Shown here in pieces: positions 47,601-60,607 of a stretch of 64,000 nucleotides of DNA. The notes under the pieces are model-generated. The model was not told the origin of the DNA. It did no database searches and saw only the letters and a list, made by a program, of their open reading frames with translations. Made by a program: the position numbers and the translations under genes. How positions within the stretch are numbered: the stretch's first letter is position 1; each line of letters starts with the position of its first letter. The stretch is from NCBI GenBank assembly GCA_964199315.1, contig OZ116702.1:5270001-5334000 (forward strand), given 5' to 3'. This DNA comes from Orbicella franksi (taxonomy: Eukaryota).

Positions 47601-50600
47601 TGGGGAATAACTACAGAGTTTGTGGGGTTTATTCCCCAGAGGTCTATTGTTTTAGGCTGAATTTTAATATATCGAAATTGGTCTATTAACAACACAACTT
47701 GTAAAGACTGTCATATATGTATTTGCCAAGTCAGTGACTTTAACTAGTAACAGAGGGTCAATCAACTATTACACATAACTTTGCACAACTTTAAAGTCTC
47801 AAGGATTACAAGTTAAACAAAGGGTGTGTATGATCTGAAGAACAGTGTGTACCAGACAAACTTGCTAATTCTGTTTCCCACTTAAGTCTGACGCCTCTTG
47901 GCCTAAAACTATTTCTTCAAAAAAATTCACAAAGATTTCTCAGATTTCAATTAAACACATGTACCTACAAACTGTAAAGCAAGGTATAGATTGATCAATA
48001 TTAATCTGAACAGTTGAAAGATGTCCAAAGCAAGACAAGTACCTTTCTCATTCGCTCATATTCATAAAGCCTTGAGTAAGCACTAGCCCCAGCAATGATC
48101 ATTTTAGGGCGGAAAAGACGAGCAGTTTCTTCTAATTTGTCATAGTCAATCAAGCCTGTCTCCTCCTAAAAACACATTCAAACAAATTGTTAATAAATTT
48201 CTTATTGACAATCACGAGTACACAACATGCAGGCTTTCTTAATGTCTACAAGCACCAACATGGGATTATTTATTAAAATTTGTCTTGCGGTGGGTGCAAA
48301 TAATGCACCAAACCAACCAAGTGCTAATTCATGGACCTTGTCCTACAAATACCTATAGTACTACTAACTGCTACAGCTGCTGCTACTACTACAGTACTGC
48401 TCCTCCTGCTGCTGCTATTGTTACTGCTACACATTCAGAGGTGGATTCAGGGGAGGGGCCCAGGGAGCCTGGGACCCCCTATATTGGGTAAAAAAAATCG
48501 CAGAAGGAAGAAAAACCAGCAGGGCAAGCAACCCCCCACCCGCCCCCACCTTAGCTCGAGGTCTGGATCTGCCACTGACATTCCCACCATTTTTCCCATG
48601 TAGAGAAATAGGAATTGATGATTGATGATTTCCACATCATTTTATTGCTGAAGGCTACTTACATTCAGTCTGTATGGCATTGACTCAAAATATATTGATG
48701 TTGCAGAGATCCTCTTGGTGTCAGTCATAAAGCCATGGGTTAAACTGGAATAAGAGATCAGACAAATAGCAGTGTCTCGTGAGTGTCCAGTTAAATTTAT
48801 CTGTTGAGTCTACCTGTTGAGGCTTTGGAATTTAACAGGTCAAATGGCACACCAATGGCATGACTTTAAATTCTAGATTCTACTTTGAAGAGACAAGTAT
48901 TGCTTCTCGCACTGGAAAAGATTTTAGTTCATCAACTAAAATTATTGTTATAACCCAGTATCAAATACATTTGTCAGATTGCACCAACATTTATGTATCC
49001 ATTTCTTGACCTGGACATAAGAGAGAGGTGTCTTGTCCAAGAACAAAAGGCACTTGAGAGCCATACCAGGGTTGAAACTGGACTATTTAATCCAGAGTAC
49101 AACACAAGGGACACAAGGCCATCACACCCCCTTTTCAGAGCTAACGTTAAAAACAAATATTCATAGCAATCAGTAAGCTGAGTTTAAAACTTGAAATTGT
49201 TTGAGCCTGGAACTGATTGAATAACTACAGACTGAGATATATGCCATGAGTGTACAAATGATTAAGGTTTATGCAAAACTTACTGTCCCCCATGGGGCAG
49301 GTCAAGCCCCATTATTCTGTCATGTGGCTTCAACAGGCCAGTATAGGCAGCAAAGTTAGCAGGAGACCCTAAGGTACAAGCAAATTGAATCTAAACACAT
49401 GCATTCTACTTTGAAACTGGGCACTGGATACTGTATGTCACGGCTTGAAAAAAAACTTGAATTCCAGGTTGCCCTTGGGACAAGTATCTCTCAAATTTTG
49501 CTTGCCCTGGGCTAGTCTTAGTTGGCTCTTTTAATGATTTAGTTGGCAGACAGCTTGCCTGATCTGTTGCCCAGCAGGCAAGTGACAATGAAAGGTTACT
49601 TGCCCAGCAGGAAAATCTTCTTGTCCTGGACAACCAGAAGGCACTTTTTTCGAACCCTGTATGTATGAATCAGTTATAAGAATGACCTTTTTCAGAGACA
49701 CCCAAGAATGAACTGATACCAAAGGCGCAGCCTCAATTATTTTGAGGTTTTGGTGCAACCTGGTCATTAATTTTTGGATTGAATTTTGAACCAAGGAAAA
49801 ACAAAATTGTCAGAAGATGGTGCATCTATTTACACAGGCTACACATTAATTAAAATTAAAGACATATTACATTAAACATTTTTTAGGACACCACTAAACT
49901 TGAACGTGCACTAACGGACACCTCTCTACAATGGCTATTTTCCTCTGTCCGTTGCAGAGTGGTTCAACTGTATATACCTGAGTATGGTTGTACGTTTACA
50001 CCCCACTCATTTGGATCAAGGTGAAAGGCCTCCAGTGCTCTCTTCTGAACAAGTCGTTCAATTTTATCAATAATTTGTGTCCCTCCATAGTATCTGTCAA
50101 TGGCACAAAGAAAAGAAAGATAAATTAAACCAAGTGGAAATGAGTTTCTCAAACAGATCGAAACAAAAGGAAAGAAGATACCAGAAATAGAAAATGTAAT
50201 CAATATACAACTTTAATCAGTGAAGATCCTGGTATCCTACCTTTTGCAATCAATAATAATTTTGTTAGAAAAATATTGATATTTTCCAGTGAAAGAACAA
50301 ACTGCGCTTGTTATATATTGTTCAAAAAATTACTCAGTCACATTATTTTTATCATATTTACCTTTGTCCAGGGTACCCTTCAGAATACTTGTTATTCAAA
50401 CAAGATCCCATGGCTTCCAAGGCAGCTCTACTGCAGAAATTCTGAGCCAGAAAGGTAAAAAGGACATTATTTAAACAAAAACAAGATACTCAATTGCCAG
50501 TTGTGATTATATCACAATTTTTTAATACCTTCACACAAAAAAATTCAAGTAGACAGGTTAAGAGAATGAATGATTTAATCACTGAATCTCCATATAAAGA

Positions 50601-52719
50601 AAACATTAATTTTGTTTAATGGAACGTTTCCAGCAGGACAACAAGTTCTGGTTCTCACAGGCAGGCAAAACATTTTGAACTGAACTTATTTATAGGGAAA
50701 ACTTTCCCTACATTGTCAATTCAAACCAGGCAGGAAAAATCATCTTCACAGCCTGTCAATTTGCCTGGATCCTGGCCCTTAAAGAAATCACTGTATCATG
50801 CACATCTGACATTAGCTGCATTATCTTGACGATCATACCTCAGATGCTATGAGTTCCAGTCCCCTAACTTGTCGGTCTTTTTCCTGTTTGATCAAGTCAT
50901 TCATTTCGGGGTCATCATCTTCTAGTGTCTCCTGGCCTGTCCAAATAGTGGCCCTTACTGCAGAGGATCGGTAAAGTGACTGTAGGGTTGTGTTGCCCAA
51001 GAGAGTGTCCCAGCAAGGCTATAAACAAATATGAGAATCACGTTCTTAAATTAGTGCTTCAAGGACTTGTTTTTCAGTATTTTCCCTTTACAAAAGGTTG
51101 TGTCTTGAGTTTGAAGTGACAAGCAGTAATTGACATTCCAACTGGATGGTATGCTAATCCATCATAGACCGTTCTATATTCTCTTTACTTTACAAGGACT
51201 GCCCTGTGATCATTGTAATATGCATTGGGTGGCAGGGATGGTGCAATGGTGAGAGCACTCACCTTCCACCAGTGTTGCTCAGATTTTTATCTCCAGCTTA
51301 CTGTTATAAGTTGATTGATTCTGGTGTTGGTTCTTATCCGTGTTCGAAGGGTTTTTCTCTGGGTTTTCAAGTTACCATCCCACCATGAAAACTAACACTT
51401 CTAAATTTCAATTTGATCTGGAAAAAGTGGACAAAGAGCCTTATTTATTACTAAAGAAAAAGCTGAGTGATGCTTATAGTATTGCTTACAAACCAGTTTC
51501 ATTTGATCATTACGCTTGTTACAGTCAGTAAAAAAATAGCCTCAAAAGAGGACCTGGATCAAACAAGGATGCAGTGTTTCCTGGTATATTTATCATGCAT
51601 GAAGCAGTGATCTCTCTAATCTCTCAGTCTGGAGAGCAGTTTCTATAAGAACACTGCAACAGAACTAAAGCAAATCTCAGGGAAAGCTGCAATTACATGT
51701 ACAGTTGCCGTAGAGTTGTTCCCATGTTAACATAAAGGTTGCTGTCTGATAATAGTCAATTTTCTACATCACACGACACTAACTGTTTCTGTCACATGGT
51801 AGCGTGATGCTTAGGTACAGATTGCATAGGCAATAGGTCATGTACTGATTTAAGGGTAACAAAGAATAATTTATTATAAGCTAAATTTTAAGGCTATGGA
51901 ATACAATAAGGTTTTAGCAACTCAAGAATATAACCGCAGTATTGTTGTAATTAAATTTCATGGAATGTATAAGCCACTGATGTAAGAGCTTTAATTCAAA
52001 ATGGAATAAGTGTTGAGAGTGTAACCTTGTAAAATAGATTGGAAGAGAAATAAATGCATCCATTGAAAGATTCAGTCCTTTGATTGTGGACCAGCACCAG
52101 GAGATATCCCTGAACAGTTGCTGAACGTTTTTCAGCGATCCTATAGCAATCACAGCGATTGCAGCGGTCATATGGAAACCAGGCCTCAATTGTCTTCCTC
52201 AATAAAGCAAGACAAGTCCCTCAGTGGGAACATGCTCAAGTACAAACACTGGATGCACTTCCCATCCAGAATTCCCCCTCCCCCTCTCCCTTTATCAGAA
52301 TCAAGTAATAGATCATTTATATCTTGCCCAAAAAGCTTTATTCAAGAAGTTATTAATATCTAAAAGAGACTGTTCACAAAAACATTTATTAATGGTGCTT
52401 ATGTATATTTGTTGTTGTTGCAATTGTTGAAACTACTTCACCTTAAAAGGTTAAATTTACAATGCATCATTGTCCCTTCATGGGGAGAGATCACACAATA
52501 TTTATTACTTCACAAAGTCAATCAATATAGGTGAAAATGACGATTGTCCCCCACCCCCCCCCCCCCACCAAAGTAAACAATTCCGAAAGAAAACCATCTC
52601 AACGTGTTTTTCTCCGATAGCGCAATGAGCGGAAAACTACGTTACATGCAATTAACTTACATAACCAGGTTGAATCTACTCACCTTAAGAACTCCAAGTT
52701 TACGTGAAAGAGAAAACAT
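41664..52719 (-). CDS. SHMT2: Serine hydroxymethyltransferase, mitochondrial, 500 aa, 16 coding exons
   Basis: Exons on the minus strand: 52719-52684, 51018-50839, 50441-50362, 50093-49978, 49368-49284, 48744-48663, 48165-48043, 47487-47419, 46731-46661, 46179-46121, 45694-45588, 45026-44927, 44499-44456, 43540-43429, 42659-42552, 41794-41664; total 1503 nt. Motifs [41 protein letters not shown] (PLP lysine), [19 protein letters not shown]. Basic, Ser/Leu-rich N-terminal extension ([12 protein letters not shown]...YRSSAVRA) fits a transit peptide. Confidence 0.96.
42920..43186. mobile_element. Harbinger-type MITE, same family as 3498
   Basis: tta|ggctcagtccacactacgccgg ... gacggggcc|tca. Confidence 0.65.
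45695..46120 (-). other. SHMT2: U12-type (minor spliceosome) intron with AT-AG termini in SHMT2
   Basis: 5' site ATATCCTTTA; branch site aTCCTTGAC with the branch A 12 nt from the end; 3' end CCAG. It is required to join KTGK to EIKYDF in frame. Confidence 0.85.
47541..47688. mobile_element. Palindromic MITE in an SHMT2 intron
   Basis: aatagcccaatttcgatatattaaaattcagccta is mirrored by taggctgaattttaatatatcgaaattggtctatt. Confidence 0.7.
51228..51422 (+). mobile_element. Second tRNA-derived SINE family, degenerate
   Basis: ggcagggatggtgcaatggtgagagcactc A-box-like head, a ggttttctc.ggg central motif and a tttcaatttgatctgg tail. Confidence 0.55.
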
Positions 52720-54124
52720 CTCCGACGTCTGTTTGTGGTGATGGAATGAATAACAGGTAAATAAATAAAACGCGAAGTGCGAATGGATATTTAGGAGCAA
52801 AAGGAAGATATCTAAATCTGTCTGCCGTGACAACAAAAGGACGGCTGTGCAAATGGTCAGCGGTAACATTATTGGAGCGCGAAATTAACCCCCTCCCCCA
52901 CCCCCATCGCTCCAACAAATCTTTTCCACCCCAATCTCTTACTTCTCCCCCGGTCTTCACTGCCGTGCCATCGTTTCCGCTCCAAAGAAGACAGTTTCGA
53001 CGATTCGTTTCAAAACTTCTGGAGCTCTCGTCGTTATTTGCAATTTGCTTAAGAGGTCAAACGAATAAGGCTGTTTTGTAAACAGTGCAGACTGTTCGTG
53101 ACATCGCCCAAGATTAAAGCAAGAGGCTTTTTAGACGGCATGCGGTCTTCTGCCGGTGCAGGTGGCGTCTTGTCGTCGTAAACAGCTTGGGAAGTCGAGC
53201 GTTACGTGAGTAAAATGAAGGACAATGGGCCGTTAAAATTTCCAAAACCACTTATAGTTTATTCCGACACCCACGACTCAGATTGCTACAGACCTGAGGA
53301 CATCTTGAGGTCAATGGACGTTAGCTATATATGGAAATTTCTGTAGCTTTCATAACCCTCTTATATTTTCCAGTTCGCCCTCCTAAAATTATTTTCGACT
53401 ATCGCTTCCCGGAATTTTCGAGTTTTGGTAAGAGTATAATTACTCGGCAGTTAAGTATTGACATAAGTATTACAGTTAGTAACCTTTCTTTACAGCTAAC
53501 GTCGAACGTCAAGCCTTTTTCGTGTCAAAATAGTTTGTTTAATGGGAAAATTCTGCATGCAATAGGCTTAGAAACGATGTTACGTATAGTTGTCTCGATC
53601 CAGTTGTCTCCCATTAATCAATGTTGTTAAACATTTTTTAAACCGTATGGTGGCGTATACTGCCGCAGCTGAGTAGCCACATTGTTTTTTAGGTTTGTAC
53701 GTCTTTCAATGTGATAAATTATTCACGGAATTATCTCATTTCTCACATGCAGGGGTCTGAGCCGCAAGACCGGAATTCCATAGATCTCCCTTCACTACAA
53801 GTTACGAAACGCCCGAAGGGAAGTTGAACAATGCAGCACCCTTGAAAGTCGTTTATTGGCTTCACGTAGGAAAATTTTTGCCGTAGTATATTGGGTCACC
53901 GAATTGTACAAGCCATTTTAGAACGTGACGCATTTTGCTTCTCGCAATCCAGTCGTCAATTTTAGTTTATATTTCTACTCGCTTCGTGTCGTCTCGTGTC
54001 ACTGAGCGTCGGCAAATCGGACTTTGTGTGGCGTGAGAAAATGAATAATAGTATTCTAGTGAATGGAAGTCAGCGATCAGAGTTGGTAATATTTGTGTCC
54101 AAAGGAAAACGGTATGGACCTATA
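52720..54124. promoter_or_regulatory. Divergent (head-to-head) promoter region between SHMT2 and the GKAP-domain gene
   Basis: Start codons at 52719 (-) and 54125 (+) point away from each other. The interval is CpG-rich compared with the flanking introns. Candidate 5' UTR donor gtgagt at 53206. Confidence 0.6.
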
Positions 54125-57100
54125 ATGGCTTCTGTTCCTGCGAACAAGGAAAATGTCTCTCCTGAGAAAGACATGGACTGTTTGTCAGACAGTTTTCAGA
54201 AGAGTCTCGCCTTGAATCACGTCGAGAAAGATGGGCGCTATTTCCTCGATTTAATGGATAGGGAAAGCGAACGATTAACAAAGCTTTGTCAAGCTACAGA
54301 GCAAGAGATGGCGAGTAAATCACTACCAGAAGATGGTAAGAAATCACGAGACAAAAACTACTATAAACATGTACAATGAACGTCTATGAATTTGCTTGCA
54401 GGTGTAAAATACATCCAACTTATTTAACCTCTTCATTGTTGCTTGCTAAGCCTCATGAGCTCATTTTAAGGGGAAGGTGTACTATATTCGACCAAAGGAA
54501 AATTTTTTTGTCGTATTTATAGCTCTGATGTCTTTTTGTGTTTACTCTGGTTTTACCAGTGCTAATTTTTTAGCTTTGTGGTTTGGTCTTTTTAATTTTC
54601 CAAACAACCCAATTTCTTGGTATTTATTTTGATTCTGGGGAAGAAATAACCCTCCAAAAAAATCCTTAAAAGGAAGAAAGATATTCACAGATTAATTATT
54701 GGGTGGCAGAGTATTGTAGCATTATAGTTTAAGCTGCTATAACATATTCAGGACAACTGATAACTGACATTTTGACTGAAAGTAACTGAGAATTTTTCCT
54801 AATATGTACTCAGCAAGCACCCACATTTAGCTGCCTTCACAAGAGGCTTGACATGCTTGCTGTAAAAAGTGGCAGATATCATGTAAACTATTTGTATGCA
54901 CATGAGGTGATGGAAGACGCAGGAGAGTTTCAGTGGATAGAGGAAATTTTCCAAGTTTAATCAGCTGTTTGTGTCTAGAACTATCCACACCTTGAAATGT
55001 TGGCACAGTTGTATTTCAACTAAGAACCAATGTAAAATGTTCCAAAATGAGGATTACCTATTACAAATTCATTGATAAATGTTCTAGCTTTTTATAGTTT
55101 GTTTCCTTACAAGTTTCAGTAGTATTAAATTTGAGGTATTTTGTATGTGGCTGGAAGGGAAATCATAAATAGAAGCAAATTATTTGATTTATGCAAAGCT
55201 TCATGTCATAAATGTATCCATAAAAGTGTCTTTCTGTGATTTTATGTTAAAAGACCTTAGCAAAAGATATTGGAAAAAAATCTCAATTTATCTCTAAGCA
55301 GACTTTAAGTTTTTATGTTGCCTCTCTCGAACAACTTGAAACCTGAGGGCTCACAATGACACACAACCATGCTTATCTGCTGATGTACTATTTTTGTCAC
55401 TTAGGTGTTTATTTTGTGGCAAGCATTTCTCACAATATCACCTAAAGTTGGCATGAGCTTAGTATTTAGCTACCTAGTAGGCCATGTTACTGCAAAGTGT
55501 TACTTCATAGCTTTGTTTTCAACATGGAATTACAATTCAACTTGCATTATATAAATTTATGTTAAAAAAGTGATAGAGATAACAACATGAGAAGTCCACT
55601 CCAATTTTGTTGCTTTATATAATTTGCTTGCTAGAAAGTGCACCAAGACTTCACACCAAACAAACTATTTTAAGCTATCAATGGCAATCAATTCATGACG
55701 TGGTCTTTTTTGTTAAGATCCTATTAGTTTTTAGGAACTTATTGCTCACAGCTAGTATTTGGAATATTATGGTTGTTGGTAGCTGAGCTTTCAGCAACTC
55801 TAATATTCCCGATACTTGTTTGTCAACAGGGTTAGAAATTAACACTTTAAAAGGAAGAAGAGATGCCACTATTGTACAAAAAATATTGTACATAATAGGA
55901 AGTAGAGAACTCTTAGGCCAGCTCAATAGCTCATAGGCTTGTCTAGTAAGTTTGTAGGTCTAGTATCCTTTAATAGGCTATTATTTTTGCCATGATTCAG
56001 TGAATCAATATTTCCTGTTAACAGGTTAGTAACTTTTGTATCTACTGTAGTTGGTCAGCTTGGAATAACTCAGTGGCCAATTGCTGGCCTACTACAGTCT
56101 GATTTGCTACACAGCTACATTCATAGACACCTTCTGTCATCTGATGGAGACTTCTTGGGAGTGACACAGTCTTTGTGCATTGTGGCCAAAAAGTTTTAAT
56201 AAATAGAACTGTCTATTAGTGCCATCAAAAATAGTCAGTTGGCTTTATTAGACTACTCTCTAGGTCTCTTGGTGTCTCGGTTTCTTTTAATAACCATCCC
56301 ATAAATAGACTTGTATTGCCTCATTGAAAAATTTTTGACCAGTCAAAAGGACTTCACTGTAGGAGGCTTGTTCTTTTAGTAACAGTCAGGCATAACAATA
56401 CGAAATGGTTCCCTTGTGTCAGATTATAGGTTCCCACGCAGGGAGGCACTTTTCTAAATATCACTTATTCAGAAGGCAACCTTGTTTATATTGATTTTTG
56501 ATAGTTGACTTGTTGCTTTGTCCAGTGCCATTTATCTGTTGTTACATACAGGGTTTGTATGGGTGATGAAAAAGCTGGAAAGTCATGGAATTTTATAATA
56601 AATTTCATTTTTCAGGTCTGGAAAGTCATGAAATTGAAGTGTTGGTCATTGAAAGTCATGGAAAAGCAATATACTTTCTGGGAATAAAAAGGCAAAAAGA
56701 TCAAAAGTTGTAAATTAAAATAACAGACGAGTCAGAAAAGCAGCTTTAATTCCAGTAAAAAAATAAACACTATCTCGCATTCTATGCATCGTAATGTGGG
56801 AAAATACCTTGAATAATAGATTGTTTTAACAATACCTTGAGTACAACTGCTTAACATAGGTCATGCAAAACTAAGAAAGGTCATAGAAAGTCATGGAATT
56901 TTAACAGTTTAATTTAAAAGAGCGCAAACCCTGTACACACCTCAAGCTCACAGGAGAGAAATTATTGCTAATAAGCGTCCATCGTTTTATTATGAAAATA
57001 ATAAATATGTAAATAACATTGATTTGTCATCATGACCAGAATGATACGTGACTTGCTGTTACATTCTGAACCTTTTCTAATATCTATATTGCATGTGTGT

Positions 57101-60100
57101 ATGTAAGGATATGAGGTTCCATCAAAATATCTTTTTTTTGGTCAGAAGTAATTTAATTTTTAACTGCATGTAGTGGAACATGCAGGTTATTAAGTTTTGC
57201 GATTATATTTGTAGGAGCATATTTTCTGCAGCCTAGTGTTGCTATAGGGCATTGAGGACAACATTAATCATCATTAACCATCTGAGTACAGTAAATTGGA
57301 GGCCAGTAGTTCTACAAAGTTATCAGTAGACTCTTTCTTTACTACTGTCTTCTTTCAGTTATGATAGTTCACTTTATATCAGAGTGTCTGTTAGGCCTTT
57401 CCATCTGTTCAACTAAATCTGTACATTGCCTCTTAATCCAAGGTAGTGTTGACCATTTTTTGATGTTTTTTTCTCTATAGTTTTAAGGTGCTAACTATTA
57501 AAGGTGCAGTATTTTTTGAAAACCAAGCACACAAGTATTGTTAAAATACTTGAAAAGCTGACACTCTTAGCATATTTCAGACCAAAATTTATCTATTTTT
57601 AAACATTCTTGACTATGCATTTTGTTGCCCAGTTTCACACTTCAAGAGGTTTTTCATTGTGCTTTTCATTGCTCTGATTACTTATGGTCACTTCCTTTAA
57701 AGGGCTGGGTACCAGGCAAAATGACAACCAGCTTTGACGACAATTATTTTGCCCCCCTGGTTTGATCAATGTCAGAGGTTTTTTCTTAGAAAGAAGTTCA
57801 GTTTAAGAATATTAGACTGCAAGAGGATTGTTTTCTTCTTTATAATACCAAGACAGATAAGCTGAGCTTCAAATCAAAAAAAAGGAAACTGGCAAAATTC
57901 AGTATACAGTTCACTTCGTCAGTCATAGGCACTAAAGCATCTCCCCCATTCCCAATACCTTGGTTACTTCACTTCTTTGAACTTCAGGTGAAGAGTAGTT
58001 TTCTTCAGAATCAAGACAGATGATTTGGTCAGTGTGCCAGTGATAAAATACATAGTTACACAGTTTCATATCTGAAAACAATTTAAACATCTTCCTTACG
58101 TTTTCATTTATAGAAAACAGCCTTTAGGCAATACATTTTATTAAATTTAAGAGGGAATACACTTGTAGTTTTTTTACATACAAGTCATGTGCTGTTTGCT
58201 TTGATTTCTTTCTTAAAGCTTGTGGGAAAATGCGGGCAGCCACTGGAAAAGCCAAGCTCTTGGTAAACAAAAAGTTTAAACAATTCAAAGGACTATGTGA
58301 TACAAATTTGGTAAGGTTCTTTTACTAGAAATAAACATACGTCAATTTAAGTATCTCGTTCCATATTTTTCCAATACCCCTTGAATAATAAGAGCTTGTT
58401 CCTAGATCAAGAGTGACTAATCATTAACTTCAATGCAGGGCTTAAAAAAAATTTGAATTTGTGCTTGCCCTTCAGATGAGTAACTCTCAAATTTCGCTTG
58501 CACAGGGCAAGTGAATGCTTGTTTTTGTTTTGCTTTTTTTGACTTGATTGGCAAATGTGTTTTTTGGTCGGGCAAGTGGTCATAAAAAGTTGGTTGCCCC
58601 ACAGGAAAATCTACTTGTCCCAGACGACTGGACTGCACTTTTCATATATATAATTTAGTTCTTCTTTCTCAGTAGTTTTAACCAATGTTTAACAGCATGG
58701 GTAGCTTAGCTTCACTTAACTGGAAGCAAGTAATAATTTTTATCTTTTGTTAGGGCATGGGTGAAACAAATGGTAGAAGACCAACAAATGGAGACCTTGC
58801 GGGATTCTGGGATATGGTCATGATTCAGGTAATATCTTTTACATTATGGCTTGGTTCAGTTAGCAGAAGCCAAGCCCTTGACTTTTTGTGCAATGGTCAA
58901 TATTATACTGACTAAGCTTGTAAGGATATTCCTCATTGTTTTTCTCTGTATGTCTTTTCTTTCCCTAGCTCATCATACATCGGCATGAACATGAATCCAG
59001 GCATTGCGCAAAAGTCCATTGTATATAGCCCTAGTGTAGGGGAAAAATAATAATCTGAGTCTCCTTATAGGAGTTAGTATGCAATTTTTCAATCAACAAT
59101 GAAATACTTCAGGTTTTTCTGGTTGGAAATGAGTACATGTACAATTAAATCAAAACAATGCATCAAAAGTACCATTTTTAAGCCTTTGAACAACCAGTTT
59201 ATTTTCAAGTATGATTTTGGTTCGCCATCTTGGTTCATGTAACTGATCATGTGGGCTGAAGGCTCATGTTATTTGTTCCTTGTAGTCCTTGCTTTGGTTT
59301 TAAAAATAATGTGGCGTTACAGATCAGTCACAGATGACGACTAACATTGACCCCCTTCAAGTTCCTGCAGAGCTCCCGAGGCAAAATCCCAGTAAGAACA
59401 CTGACACTTGATATATTAACCACCAACCCCTGTCAGGAGCCCTAGCACTATGCTTTCCTTGTAGTTTGTATATAAACTGACTGATATCTCCCTCATTATT
59501 GTTTTCTCATGCAAGGTCGATGATGTAAATAGCATGTTTTCAAGCATAGATGAATTACGTAAAAATGGTTGGATACAAACGCAGCCTCCTCCAGATGAGG
59601 TAATTGTCAGCTACTACATCACTGTGCAGTGTGTGGTTTTCTACTGAATGTTCATCTCTTGGTCTCAGTGGTCCAGAGGTCTGAATTAGAGTCTGAGGCC
59701 TGTCGGGCCCGAAAAGCCAATTTTAGTTAATCGGTATTTAAAGACGGAGAGATGTATACGCCTGAAATTTCTTGTATGAAGAGAACCTCTGTTCGTATTA
59801 AGAATATGTGAATAAAACAGCTCTGTAGTCGAAAGGTTTGAGATTTTGCTATGGCTTTTCGGGCATGAAAACTTTTCGGAACCTTCAAGAAATGGGCCCC
59901 AGGTTTGGGGTCACTGTGTTGTGTCACTCTGTTGAGGTCAATGTCTTGACACAGATTAGTAAGGTATCCATGAGCCAGTCTAACCTGTAATGCACCATAC
60001 TTCCTTTCCTGGAGTAGAAGTAATTACAGTCACTTCATGGCATGATATCTGAAGTTAAGTGCTAGCCTTGGTAGGCCATCTACCATCTTGGTCAGAATGA

Positions 60101-60607
60101 AAAAAAAAGAGAAATAAAACCACCCCCCCCCCCCCGAATAAATTATGAACTCACAGTAAAACTGAAACATGCCATTTTTTCTATCACTGAAGTGGGGGAG
60201 AGGTGGCCAGGTTAATTTTTCATCTGCAATGAAAAAAAACCACCCCTTCCTTGGAATCAATAATGAACTTGGGTTAAAATGAAAACTGCCACTTTTTTCA
60301 TCATTGATATGGGTGGAGAGTGGGTCTTAACTTGTAATTAATAGAAATGTTTGCTTAATGCCTGCAGACCGATTTTTCTAAACGATCATCATTAACCCGT
60401 CAGTCGTCGCTTTCAAGGCAGTCATCTCTGGGCAAAGGCTCAATAAGACGGCAAAAATCAAAAGAAGAAGTAAAAGCTACTGAGGCTGAACAAAGAGCGG
60501 CTGCAAGAAAAAGATTAGCTGCAGCAAAACGGACAGCAAGACAGAAAATGCTGCAGAAAAACAAATCTTTGGATGATGTTGAGATATTTTGTTCCCCAAA
60601 AAAGTAA
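54125..60607 (+). CDS. GKAP/SAPAP (DLGAP-family) C-terminal homology domain protein, about 233 aa
   Basis: Exons 54125-54335, 58219-58310, 58754-58828, 59516-59599, 60368-60607; GT-AG, phases 1,0,0,0. Motifs KDGRYFLDLMDRESERL, GKMRAATGKAKLLVNKKFKQFKGLC, DLAGFWDMVMIQVDDV..F..I.EL.KNGW, ARKRLAAAKR, DDVEIF. The start could lie slightly upstream (in-frame ATG at about 54036). Confidence 0.85.
56549..56932. mobile_element. hAT-like MITE with internal aaagtcatggaa repeats
   Basis: cagggtttg ... caaaccctg termini; the aaagtcatggaa motif is repeated 4-5 times. Confidence 0.55.

Noticed and set aside
50839-51018. Alternative downstream start giving a cytosolic SHMT2-alpha-like isoform
   Set aside because: The first internal Met (DDDPEM) lies inside the conserved core, so there is no suitable ATG at the end of the transit peptide.
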